IMG/VR virus record: IMGVR_UViG_3300010157_000064
Coordinates: 1 to 63,556 of that record
Source of the DNA: a virus
Taxonomy: Duplodnaviria; Caudoviricetes
Length of the DNA stretch: 63,556 nucleotides
Direction: 5' to 3' (one strand)
Shown here: positions 29,301 to 37,387 of the stretch, one piece after another
Layout: each line of letters starts with the position of its first letter
How positions within the stretch are numbered: position 1 is the first letter of the stretch
The notes under the pieces: generated by a model
Told to the model about the DNA's origin: nothing
The model's database searches: none
What the model saw: the letters and a program-made list of their open reading frames with translations, nothing else
Made by a program: the position numbers and the translations under genes

Positions 29301-30165
29301 ATTCTTTTGTTTCTTTATGTGTAAATCCTTGTCTGTTCATCCATTTTTCTAGGGTGTGCCAGTCTACATCCATATGTTCTTCTATTTTCACGACAGGAAT
29401 TCCGGCTCCTATCATTTTCATTGCTTTATTTATTGCGGCATTTTTTGGGTCAACTTTTCCGGTCTTCCAATCATCGACAAATTGTCTTTCGTGTATCCAT
29501 CCTTTGTTGAGTGTAAAAATTCTTGGATATTGTTTTTGAGTTAATTTTGTAAGACGAAAATTTGCTGGCTTTCTGTAGAACGGCATAAGCTCATCGTTCA
29601 TTTTTAGTTTTCCAGCTTCGCACCAGCTACCGTCTCTTTTTAATATTCTATGGTCGTGCGTACATGTTATTGTTGATCCGTTATCAAAAACTATTGTTAA
29701 TGTTTTTGCATCTTTTACATATCTGGGTGCGTATGCCCAGCCTAAAGTGTAGTCTCTTTTTTCAAAATCATAACAATATGCGAGGAATCTTTCATCCCCT
29801 TTTGTCTCAACTAATTCTTTTATACTGATTGGTCCGAATGGAGTAGATATTCTTGTATCGCCTGAGACGCATGCTTCGTCTGAGAATACTGTCATTGCCA
29901 TTTCTATTTCTGGGACATTTCTTAATCTTTCGTACTCTTTATATCTCATCGCTCGATTGGTGAGAGTAGTAGTATCGATCATATCTGTAGTTTGTCGGAA
30001 GTTCGACATACCAGAATTTGGCCCGCCGCCAGTAAAATCGACTCCTAGAGCTTCCGGTTGAGCTATACCTGCTCCTTGGAACTGTCTGTAGTCTTTTTGT
30101 TTAGATAATGGGTCTTGCTCACCAGCGTATGTGAACAATTTAAAAAAGTCGCTCCATATAGGCAT
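26392..30165 (-). CDS. gp20: portal protein (T4 gp20-like) with two inteins
   Basis: LRLLEDAMVIYRL|TRAPERRVFYIDVGQLP, EDYWLP, IETLPGAENLGEIDD; about 608 aa after splicing. Confidence 0.95.
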   Translation of the reverse strand: MPIWSDFFKLFTYAGEQDPLSKQKDYRQFQGAGIAQPEALGVDFTGGGPNSGMSNFRQTTDMIDTTTLTNRAMRYKEYERLRNVPEIEMAMTVFSDEACVSGDTRISTPFGPISIKELVETKGDERFLAYCYDFEKRDYTLGWAYAPRYVKDAKTLTIVFDNGSTITCTHDHRILKRDGSWCEAGKLKMNDELMPFYRKPANFRLTKLTQKQYPRIFTLNKGWIHERQFVDDWKTGKVDPKNAAINKAMKMIGAGIPVVKIEEHMDVDWHTLEKWMNRQGFTHKETKELFKLEDKRTILNIHHNDEEQPVYDMSVEKHACFATDSIIVHNCQKDETGNILKVLTNNEDIKKEIEFVLLHRKMLNLNRAGWSWFKSLCIMGDHFVETVINPDNPKEGIYKAVPLPPETMYRIETVKGRTIEYQQAKEGPDYQAIIRGPVDDLNNTELNHTTAIRFATNQIIHFKIGDDRKTFFPYGQSLIEPARGPAHNLRLLEDAMVIYRLCLVGDTRIRTPDGYAYIKNIKNDDFVYSYNSIGETLRAKVINFVNNGMKDVYTVRSKHVQITGTATHPILVNREGIIQYVDIQDLIVGKDKIINITKDEESETEIPNILGETWAKLDVSQRTAFRNTIYKNKSALMRKCGDINRIRQFLYTEGKALPADQAKKICDVFGLEKNKLVTTNKGQANSERIMLPKFVDEEFAKLFGFLIGDGSIRKNNYQLTFSAGLDEKQNVFYKNILEKYFGKVRFEREKRSNNKNLGNYVVDSTVACKILLSMGYIKGVKNKRIPSWVFNASKKIRRAFVEGLSNADGCKRRTKAGTWFSTIELCNKNLVEDTKELWSSIGLCSGKIVNRKRKGGHEIEKGRKMPPTECWSVTVSNKELPKYENVIAVEYAGQEEVYDLTVDNEMHNFVANGIIVHNTRAPERRVFYIDVGQLPPFKAEAFLDRIKDQFRKRKVTSNRGNTPGANQVEERWQPPAQDEDYWLPTRPNSNTRIETLPGAENLGEIDDAIYFRNKLLTALNFPKNYFNNEDPNSTRITLSSQDVKFARMIERLQSNFEDGILELAERHLQLRGFPEKSYQDLKIKMTPPSDWRELSRAEVTSARYGNAGTLKSSVLMSDYDIMTRILKYGENETEEMLARLKIQKLEDLKLQVMAQNPQLLGVGIPGQEQSNPELGTQAGGPNAMPQPEDAEQANLEGPQAPQEPTGEQPPPETGEQPAEPTSLEDPSEEDIKKYDLELQGYEAEQDLEDIDYSVGDE
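27412..28662 (-). mobile_element. intein 2 in portal (417 aa) with LAGLIDADG homing endonuclease
   Basis: Starts CLVGDTRI, block B TATHPIL, FGFLIGDG and FVEGLSNADG, ends VYDLTV...IIVHN followed by Thr. Confidence 0.92.
29176..29871 (-). mobile_element. intein 1 in portal (232 aa), no intact endonuclease
   Basis: Starts CVSGDTRI, block B CTHDHRIL, ends VYDMSV...IIVHN followed by Cys. Confidence 0.92.
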
Positions 30166-30235
30166 TTTTTGTCTCTTTTATTCTCTTTTAAATTTTAATT
30201 TCTATATCTATAGTAGATAAGTCGGCAGAATTTTC

Positions 30236-30850
30236 ATGAAAAAAATAACTTTAATAAATAGTCATTGTTATTCAGGTTCATCTGTTTTGTATGATGCTAT
30301 GTGTGAGTGTTCTAATATTCAGGGTTATAAATCCAAAGATTTAGATAATAATTATTTCAGTAATATTAGTCTTTTAAATTTAACAAAAAAAGATCATAAA
30401 AAAAGAAATAGGTCCGCTCTTTATTTAGACGAGATTCTTTATAATTATTCTTTATCTACTAAGTTAGACTTTTCAAATTGTTTTTTTATAATTGTTATTA
30501 AACGTCCAGAAGGTGTTTTGCGTAGAATGATTTTAAACAATAAGTTAAAGCCTACATTTGCTGTTAGGCACTACACTTATAGGTTGAGACGTTTGTGTGA
30601 GATGACGAAGTGTTGTTCTAATTACGTTTTATTGACATTCGAAGACTTAAAAAACAATATTGGAACTGAATATATATCAAATTATTTAAAGCTGAAAGAA
30701 ACAATAACTCTCGAAAAAGAATCTTTAGATTTTTTGGATAAAGAATTAGATGTAAAATCGCTTAAATACGAGCATATAAAAGAAGCGGAAAGCTCTTATG
30801 AAAGATATTTTTATTTTTTAAAGCAACAAAAGAATCTAGTCAATTTTTAA
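30236..30850 (+). CDS. sulfotransferase-like protein (degenerate)
   Basis: SHCYSGSSVL PAPS-loop-like start, IIVIKRPE, LTFEDL. Confidence 0.45.
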   Translation: MKKITLINSHCYSGSSVLYDAMCECSNIQGYKSKDLDNNYFSNISLLNLTKKDHKKRNRSALYLDEILYNYSLSTKLDFSNCFFIIVIKRPEGVLRRMILNNKLKPTFAVRHYTYRLRRLCEMTKCCSNYVLLTFEDLKNNIGTEYISNYLKLKETITLEKESLDFLDKELDVKSLKYEHIKEAESSYERYFYFLKQQKNLVNF

Positions 30851-31868
30851 TTATTTTTAAAATAGACTTTTGGTGGCTATAGTATTTGTTTTCTATTCCA
30901 AGATTCTCTTCATCTTCGATTTGGTCATCGAATCCTGCTTTTATTTCAACAAGTGGTGCTTCTTGTAGGAAAACTTTGAATGCTTTCCATGTCTTTTCAA
31001 ATTCTTTATTGATTTGTTCTGGCTTGGGTCTTATTTGGTTTACCCCGAATTCTACAATAAGTGAAAAGGCTCCATTTCTATAGTACCAATCTAGTTCTGT
31101 TCCTTTGATGGGTCGCAAATAGAAGTTGCAGCATTGTTCATATTTATAATCAGATAAGTCTGACATCTTTTTGATTATATTGTCATAATCGGATTGGTTT
31201 GGGCATTTCTTTCTATTATCTGCGTATGGGATTTGGTAAGTTCTTCCATAAGCGTGTCCAGATAGTACTGCATCGGGCTTTATTCTGTAAAAGAATTCTT
31301 GTATTTCTTGGACAGATTTAGACACGGATTTATTTTTACTTTTTGGACTAGGAAAGTCTCTATTTGGATCTACTTTATCGACCATTCTTTTTGTTGGGTA
31401 GCTATCTGGGGATAATACTGGTACGAAGTAGATATCTCTATTTTCTAGCAATTCTTTAACTTCTAGATTAGTTTTTTGTTCATGTAGAAGATTTCCTATA
31501 TAGGCCATTACACAGCCTGTTGATAATGATTCATCTCCGTGGATACATCCAGTAACAAGCACTTTTGGACATTCTTTTTTAAGATCTCCAGAAATCCTTA
31601 TGTAGTAAAGGTCTTTGTTTTGAGATGTCTTTCCGTAAACGCCTATTTCTGTAACTTCTGGTGCTTCATTGTTCCAGAGTTTTAGTTGTTCGATTATTTG
31701 AGGATAATCTAGATGTGCTGGAGTTTTGACAGATATATTTTTTTCTATCTTTTTTATTTCTGGTTTTTCTTTATGTTCTTTATCAAAATGAACATATCCA
31801 GTTTGCATTCCTAGGAACACAGCAAAGCATACATTTAGAATAAGCAGTAATTTTGTTAAATTTTTCAT
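30840..31868 (-). CDS. M14 zinc carboxypeptidase with N-terminal signal/anchor
   Basis: IHGDE, PNRDFP, SGHAY, ELDWYY, IVEFG; AAGGAGG SD. Confidence 0.85.
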   Translation of the reverse strand: MKNLTKLLLILNVCFAVFLGMQTGYVHFDKEHKEKPEIKKIEKNISVKTPAHLDYPQIIEQLKLWNNEAPEVTEIGVYGKTSQNKDLYYIRISGDLKKECPKVLVTGCIHGDESLSTGCVMAYIGNLLHEQKTNLEVKELLENRDIYFVPVLSPDSYPTKRMVDKVDPNRDFPSPKSKNKSVSKSVQEIQEFFYRIKPDAVLSGHAYGRTYQIPYADNRKKCPNQSDYDNIIKKMSDLSDYKYEQCCNFYLRPIKGTELDWYYRNGAFSLIVEFGVNQIRPKPEQINKEFEKTWKAFKVFLQEAPLVEIKAGFDDQIEDEENLGIENKYYSHQKSILKIIKN

Positions 31869-31941
31869 AGCCCTCCTTGGACATTTAAATTAAAATCTTC
31901 AATATATATATTGATATAAAAAATATTTTTGGATTCCATTT

Positions 31942-32184
31942 ATGCAAAATTTTAAAAATTGGTTGACTAAACTTGAATACTATGGTGGGTCTGCCAACAA
32001 TCCTTCTGGAGTTGAGGATGAGGGCGATGGTGGCGATGGTGTTAAGAATAAACTTGAGAGACCGGGTGCTTTTCCGACTTATGGTGGCGACGATCTACCG
32101 ATAACGTCTAAAAACAAAAAGAGGAAAGAAGATTTTCCTCTTTCCTCTAAGAGAAGTATTTACAGGGGAAAAGATTCAAAATAA
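31942..32184 (+). CDS. small protein with capsid-targeting-like N-terminus
   Basis: MQNFKNWLTKLE. Confidence 0.55.
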   Translation: MQNFKNWLTKLEYYGGSANNPSGVEDEGDGGDGVKNKLERPGAFPTYGGDDLPITSKNKKRKEDFPLSSKRSIYRGKDSK

Positions 32185-32859
32185 TATTGGTTGCAATATA
32201 TAATCTTTTTTATAATCCCCTTGCTCTTTATTTCTATCAATTATTGGTATTGGATATGATTTAGTGTATTTTTTAGGCACAATATCTTTATCTGCATAGA
32301 TCACACAGATCCATCCAGCCCATCTTTGATTGAATTCTTTCATTGTCCATGTTCTTATTTTCAAACTTTTATCGCTATTATTGATATATTTAACAATTCC
32401 TGCTACTTCATCATAATGAATTAGGGTCATAGCGTGACCTGGTACATCAAATAAACATCCTCTTCGTTCTTTTACAACAGATTTTATTAATAAACTTCTA
32501 TCTGATCTACTTGTGGTTTGTTCGAATTTGATATTTAGTTTTCTAAGTTTTGATGCAAGAGACGTAGGGTTTGCGTAGCTTTTGCATTCGCTATCATTGG
32601 TTAGTCCTATGAGTTTGGGCTCTTCTGCATACCGTCCTATGCACTCTGTGGAGGCCCATACGCATTGAATTCCTGTTTTATTATAAACTCTATCCTTCAT
32701 AGGAATAGGGACCATTACGTTAGTAAGGTCTTCGTCTACATAGCCTTCATAGGCTGAGACTGGGTTTGCTGTATTTGTTGAAGGGTTATATACATCCTCT
32801 TTTGTAGGTTGTATATCTAGACAAAACAAAAATATAAAACAATATGTCAGCTTGTTCAT
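32176..32859 (-). CDS. papain-fold cysteine peptidase (C39-like), probably exported
   Basis: QCVWAS (Cys), GHAMTL (His), YINNS; hydrophobic N-terminus. Confidence 0.65.
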   Translation of the reverse strand: MNKLTYCFIFLFCLDIQPTKEDVYNPSTNTANPVSAYEGYVDEDLTNVMVPIPMKDRVYNKTGIQCVWASTECIGRYAEEPKLIGLTNDSECKSYANPTSLASKLRKLNIKFEQTTSRSDRSLLIKSVVKERRGCLFDVPGHAMTLIHYDEVAGIVKYINNSDKSLKIRTWTMKEFNQRWAGWICVIYADKDIVPKKYTKSYPIPIIDRNKEQGDYKKDYILQPILF

Positions 32860-32929
32860 GAACCTCCTTGTTCTGCTGATACATCTTTACATCCTGTAAA
32901 GGTGTGGTGTTTCCACCATAATTATATAG
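32860..32929 (-). promoter_or_regulatory. CTATATA promoter plus structured leader with three GGA-loop hairpins (CsrA/RsmA-like sites)
   Basis: Minus strand TGGTG-GAAA-CACCA; ACACCTTTAC-AGGAT-GTAAAGATGT; GAAC-AAGGAG-GTTC-ATG. Confidence 0.55.
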
Positions 32930-32966
32930 TATTTTTTTTGTTCATTTCAATTTAGATTATTACCAA

Positions 32967-33170
32967 TCAACTACTAATAGCGATTCTTCTAAAGGAATAG
33001 CCCAAGAACTTAGGATTATCTTCTTCGAACTCAGTCTTGCTGACTATGACATATGGTCTGTGGGTGAGAAATTGAATTTTCCTTAGCAACGGATTGACCA
33101 AGAGTTTCAGCGGTGTTTTATGACACCAATTGTTTCCTTCGAGAACGTAGTATTTATCTTTATACGTCAT
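32967..33170 (-). CDS. small hypothetical protein
   Basis: 67 aa, overlaps upstream stop (ATGA). Confidence 0.5.
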   Translation of the reverse strand: MTYKDKYYVLEGNNWCHKTPLKLLVNPLLRKIQFLTHRPYVIVSKTEFEEDNPKFLGYSFRRIAISS

Positions 33171-33472
33171 TCGGCTTCGGATTTCTCTTGTTTGTTATTT
33201 TGCTTCTGATTCAACATCTGTTGTTTCAGCCGCTCTAAATCCTCTTGAGAGAGCGGACATCTTGGGCATTTTGTGATCGGCCCGGTGTCTTCGCCACGCC
33301 ACTTTGTGCCGCAGCCGTTGCAAACCCTGATGATGCGTTGCGGGGCGGGTGGAGTTTTTGGATAAGGCTCTGTTGTTGGCCAAAACAAAACACAAAAGGC
33401 GATAACACAAAATAATCCAAACAAAAACACGGCTCGGTGCTCATTAAGCTTGTCTTGTTCCCATCCACTCAT
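33167..33472 (-). CDS. membrane protein with zinc ribbon
   Basis: TM segment then CNGC...CPRC; ATGA coupling to the acidic gene. Confidence 0.55.
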   Translation of the reverse strand: MSGWEQDKLNEHRAVFLFGLFCVIAFCVLFWPTTEPYPKTPPAPQRIIRVCNGCGTKWRGEDTGPITKCPRCPLSQEDLERLKQQMLNQKQNNKQEKSEAE

Positions 33473-33984
33473 TCACTACCCCATTCATCTTCATCTTCAT
33501 CTTCATCTTCATCTTCATCTTCATCTTCATCTTCATCTTCATCTTCATCTTCATCTTCATCTTCATCCCACTCATTATCTTCATCATCGTCGTCTTCATC
33601 ATCATCATCGTCGTCTTCATCATCATCATCATCATCGTCATCGTCTTCATCATCATCCCAATCATCATCATCATCCCAATCATCATCTCCATCCCAATCA
33701 TCATCATCTTCGTCTTCGTCTTCATCATCGTCTTCATTATCGTCATCCCAATCCTCCTCGTCCCCATCATCGTCTACCACGTGCAGAATGCCTCCTTCCC
33801 AATCTTCATCTTCATCCTCGTTCTCATCCCAATCGTCTTCGTCTTCATCTTCATCCTCGTCCTCATCATCTTCATAAGAACAAATAGGAGTATCAGGACA
33901 AATAGAGGTAAAAAAATAATTTAAAAAATTACAAGAACTTTTGATTCTATCACTTTTATTTAAATTGCTAAAATTAACTAACAT
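33469..33984 (-). CDS. extremely acidic Asp/Glu/Trp low-complexity protein
   Basis: AAGGAG SD; about 130 aa almost entirely D/E with periodic W; translational coupling to next gene. Confidence 0.6.
   Translation of the reverse strand: MLVNFSNLNKSDRIKSSCNFLNYFFTSICPDTPICSYEDDEDEDEDEDEDDWDENEDEDEDWEGGILHVVDDDGDEEDWDDDNEDDDEDEDEDDDDWDGDDDWDDDDDWDDDEDDDDDDDDDEDDDDDDEDDDDEDNEWDEDEDEDEDEDEDEDEDEDEDEDEDEDEWGSE
33484..33567. repeat. (TTCATC)14 hexamer microsatellite coding (DE)14
   Basis: Perfect tandem array within the acidic gene. Confidence 0.9.
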
Positions 33985-34032
33985 ATTTGCTCCTTTTTTA
34001 TTACTTCCTGATACATAATTATAGGAGGAACC

Positions 34033-34488
34033 ATGAAATTTTTTTCAAATTTTATATTTTTTTTAATATTTTTATCTTTTTCTGGGTGTTCATTTGAACC
34101 ATTTAGAACACAACCTGTGGTTTCTGGGGTTATTGTTTGGAGAAACACCGAGGCCAACAAATACTATAGCGAAGACATAAAAACATTATATAAAAGCACC
34201 AAAATGGCCTTAAAAGAGCTTAATTGTATGGTTATCGAAGACAGAGCTGACAGGAATTCTTTCTATTTAAAGGTCGGGGCTGAGGGTGCGTTTACAATAA
34301 AAATATACGAAACAAATCAACAAAAAAATAATATAAAAATAAAAGTAAATTTGCCTGTTAACATACCCTATGCTGAGATGGTTTATAATCAAATAGATAT
34401 AAACTTAAACAGCATAGAGTATGATAATCAGGGCAATCCTACTAAGTCAAAGAGAAAAGATTTCAATTGGAACAGACTCCTCTACTAA
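34033..34488 (+). CDS. lipoprotein, DUF3568-like
   Basis: Lipobox FSGC after hydrophobic stretch; Y...LYKSTKMALKEL pattern; AGGAGG SD. Confidence 0.55.
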   Translation: MKFFSNFIFFLIFLSFSGCSFEPFRTQPVVSGVIVWRNTEANKYYSEDIKTLYKSTKMALKELNCMVIEDRADRNSFYLKVGAEGAFTIKIYETNQQKNNIKIKVNLPVNIPYAEMVYNQIDINLNSIEYDNQGNPTKSKRKDFNWNRLLY

Positions 34489-36169
34489 TTGCTTGTCCTA
34501 TTTTATAAGTCTTCCCCATGCAGCTTTTTAATGCTGAATAGCAGCTTGTTTTTCTTTTTGGTAGTTGTTCAGGCTGAGAACAGTCACAGCTTCTTGGCAA
34601 ACACTTTGTTCCTTGGCACGCAGAACAACTAGAATTGTTTGCTGGTTTCCAAGGTTTTTGATATTCTGGTGCATTTGGGTCACAATAATTTGGCAAGCCA
34701 CATTTACATACCATTTGTTTCCTCACTAGTTTCCCTTTTTTGATTTCAAACAAAGAGGTTCTATAGTTTCCTACTAAGTGATTTGAATTTAAAAATTCTA
34801 CACAGCTATATGCGGACTCTATTGCTTCTTCGTCTGTAGTATCAATAATATCGAACAATTTATTATTTTCATCAAAATAATATCCTTTTTGGCTAGGAAC
34901 TTCTATTTCTAGCGACAATAAAGGATTATTATTTAATGCTGATACTCCGTCAATTTCTGACAACTTAATTGTTTTGTTAGAAAATGTACGTAGCATTTTA
35001 TTATTATCTAGCAATTGTATTTCGTATGGATCTTTTACTATTGCTTTTACAGAGCTAAAATCCATATCGTTTAACATTAAAACCTTTGAAAGCAATATAT
35101 TTCTGCGTGTGAACAGATCCGATATTACGGTTTGATATTTGCCTCCCTCGCTTTTATCTATCTGTATTATCTGTCTAGCCATAGCGTCGAACAAACGAAC
35201 TGTGAGCGGTACCGTGGAGGTGGCTTTCAATAAATATCTTGAAACTACATCTCTGGATATTTTAATAGAATCTATAGCAGATTTGCCTGTTGCTATATTT
35301 TGTTCTGCTATTTTTACGAACATTTCATAGAAAGCTCCGCTAAAAACACGACTAAAGCTGTGGCATTCGTTTGAAAGCACGTTGTCAGGAGTAGAATCAG
35401 AAAGTGTTTCTGGTTTTACATAATTGTAAACTATGGAAAGATCTCTTAGACATGTTTTTAACATTCCTGTTTTATCCCTAGAAACATCATATAGTCCCGT
35501 CCCCATTTCGGCAGCTAGTCTGGTCAAAACATTAGATAGCATTAGATTGCCTTTAGTTTCAATGAGAGCCCTATTTATTAAATCGTCGTACTGTAGAGAT
35601 GCGATCAAGGCGGTCATATCTCCAAACGCTTCGTGATACGCCCACACTTCTGTAGATTGTGTGGACCAAAAATCAGGACGAATTGAATCTAGCAACGCAT
35701 GTCCAAATTCATGACACACAACGGAGTTTGAATCTGCTGTGTAAACTGTTTTCTTTTTTGCTCTATTTTGAAAATAAAAGAATTTCAAAGAAGAACGATC
35801 ATAATATGCATTTATATCAACCCCTGCTCTTGAATTAATGGTCAATGAGCTTGTTGCAGCCCATCCCGTTAATTTTTTTGCAGAGCTAGCGAGCCTATAG
35901 GATACCAACATGTAGGACAAAACGTTATTTACCATTATTTTACAAGCACTTGCTTGTTGCTGTGAGGTTCCAAGGGCGAACCCTCCCCCTTGATCACCCA
36001 CAGATTTCATGGCAAAAGATGTATTTACGGGTGGATCTTGCTCTAAGATCAAATCTGGCGTGGTAGGGTCGTTCAAATAAAACTTAGTCTTGGTCCCTAC
36101 AGACTTTGGTGCAGCAACCGCCTTTTTCTGGTTAAGTCCGCTTAACCATTTTCTTAAAAAATGTAACAT
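34463..36169 (-). CDS. M4/M36-like zinc metallopeptidase with Cys-rich tail
   Basis: NAYYD, HEFGH, HEAFGD, ECHSFSRVF; AAAGGAG SD. Confidence 0.8.
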   Translation of the reverse strand: MLHFLRKWLSGLNQKKAVAAPKSVGTKTKFYLNDPTTPDLILEQDPPVNTSFAMKSVGDQGGGFALGTSQQQASACKIMVNNVLSYMLVSYRLASSAKKLTGWAATSSLTINSRAGVDINAYYDRSSLKFFYFQNRAKKKTVYTADSNSVVCHEFGHALLDSIRPDFWSTQSTEVWAYHEAFGDMTALIASLQYDDLINRALIETKGNLMLSNVLTRLAAEMGTGLYDVSRDKTGMLKTCLRDLSIVYNYVKPETLSDSTPDNVLSNECHSFSRVFSGAFYEMFVKIAEQNIATGKSAIDSIKISRDVVSRYLLKATSTVPLTVRLFDAMARQIIQIDKSEGGKYQTVISDLFTRRNILLSKVLMLNDMDFSSVKAIVKDPYEIQLLDNNKMLRTFSNKTIKLSEIDGVSALNNNPLLSLEIEVPSQKGYYFDENNKLFDIIDTTDEEAIESAYSCVEFLNSNHLVGNYRTSLFEIKKGKLVRKQMVCKCGLPNYCDPNAPEYQKPWKPANNSSCSACQGTKCLPRSCDCSQPEQLPKRKTSCYSALKSCMGKTYKIGQAISRGVCSN

Positions 36170-36247
36170 CAACAACTCCTTTTGTTTGTGGTTACTCTTG
36201 ATATAATATATAGCGGAAATAAAGCCAAAAATAAAAAAAGGATGATA

Positions 36248-36766
36248 ATGAGTTATGAACAAGCCATAAAAGAAGCAAGAACTATCGAAGCCATGAAAAA
36301 TGGATATATGGGGTTAGGTGGCAAATTTTGTTCGATAGCCAAGAAGTTAGGAGGCTCAATTATTAGACAGGGAGGCATGTATGTAGACTCCACAGAGTTT
36401 GGAGATCCATTTTATGAAGAAGATAATGAAAATATACCGATCATGGATGAAACAGAAGCCACGACAGATATAGGGCTACAATTTGATGGTTTGTCCCGTG
36501 GAATAAATCTTTCAATAATAATAAAGTTTCATCTAAGAGAAATATCTGTGTATTTTGAAGGAGCCTTTGTTTATCATGAAGTTTCTGGGGAACTTGAGAT
36601 GTATGTTCCTAAAAAGGAATGGGAAGAAAAGATTGAATATTTATATGAAATTACAAAGAAAATTGATAAAGAAAATAAACCGGTAGAAAAAGAGCAAAAT
36701 GAAAAGAAAAAAGAAAAAGAAAAAGAAAAAATACTAGAAAAGCTAAGAAAAACTTGGGGAATTTAG
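36248..36766 (+). CDS. hypothetical protein
   Basis: Long ORF with upstream TATATA element. Confidence 0.6.
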   Translation: MSYEQAIKEARTIEAMKNGYMGLGGKFCSIAKKLGGSIIRQGGMYVDSTEFGDPFYEEDNENIPIMDETEATTDIGLQFDGLSRGINLSIIIKFHLREISVYFEGAFVYHEVSGELEMYVPKKEWEEKIEYLYEITKKIDKENKPVEKEQNEKKKEKEKEKILEKLRKTWGI

Positions 36767-36886
36767 ACTATTCTATAATACAATCATTTGGAATTATATA
36801 TGGGCGATCCAAAAAACATAACAAGATGGTTGCAAGCAAGAAAAATAAATTTAGAAAAATTTGGAAAAATAATTTTAGGGGATAAA

Positions 36887-37387
36887 ATGAATAACAATGT
36901 AGAGAAATGGGTTTTAGAAGATGGAAGAAAAGCAGAAAAAATAGTCACAGAAAGCAAATTGAACGAAAACGAAGTCGAAAGAACTATTGAGATAAAAGTG
37001 GAAGAAGAAAGACCTCTCAATGTTCAACAAAGAATTATAGAGAAAACAAAGCCTTTTGTGTATGAAAGACGAATAGAAACCATCAACACAAAGACCGGAG
37101 AAGTTATTGACCAAAGAGTTGAAACCATTGATCCGCAAGCAAAGATGCACACAACAGAAAATAATGATGTTAATTATGTTACCAAAAACGAAATGGTAGA
37201 TGCCATTGTTGCGGCGATCAAATCTATTAAAGAAAAAGACTCACAATCTGAAGTAAAGAGTCTTGGAATGGTAGATAAGATAAGAAAAGTTAATGAGCCC
37301 TATGTTTATTCTGTAAGGGATATAGTATTATCAGTAATTATTCTTGTTCAAGTATTTGGATTAGCATATTTAATAACAGTTAAATGA
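36887..37387 (+). CDS. hypothetical protein with C-terminal TM helix
   Basis: AGGGG SD; IVLSVIILVQVFGLAYLI. Confidence 0.6.
   Translation: MNNNVEKWVLEDGRKAEKIVTESKLNENEVERTIEIKVEEERPLNVQQRIIEKTKPFVYERRIETINTKTGEVIDQRVETIDPQAKMHTTENNDVNYVTKNEMVDAIVAAIKSIKEKDSQSEVKSLGMVDKIRKVNEPYVYSVRDIVLSVIILVQVFGLAYLITVK

Noticed and set aside
33437-33887. Poly-Ser, poly-His/Leu and poly-Met/Lys ORFs in other frames
   Set aside because: Shadow frames of the D/E repeat; only the acidic frame has an SD and translational coupling
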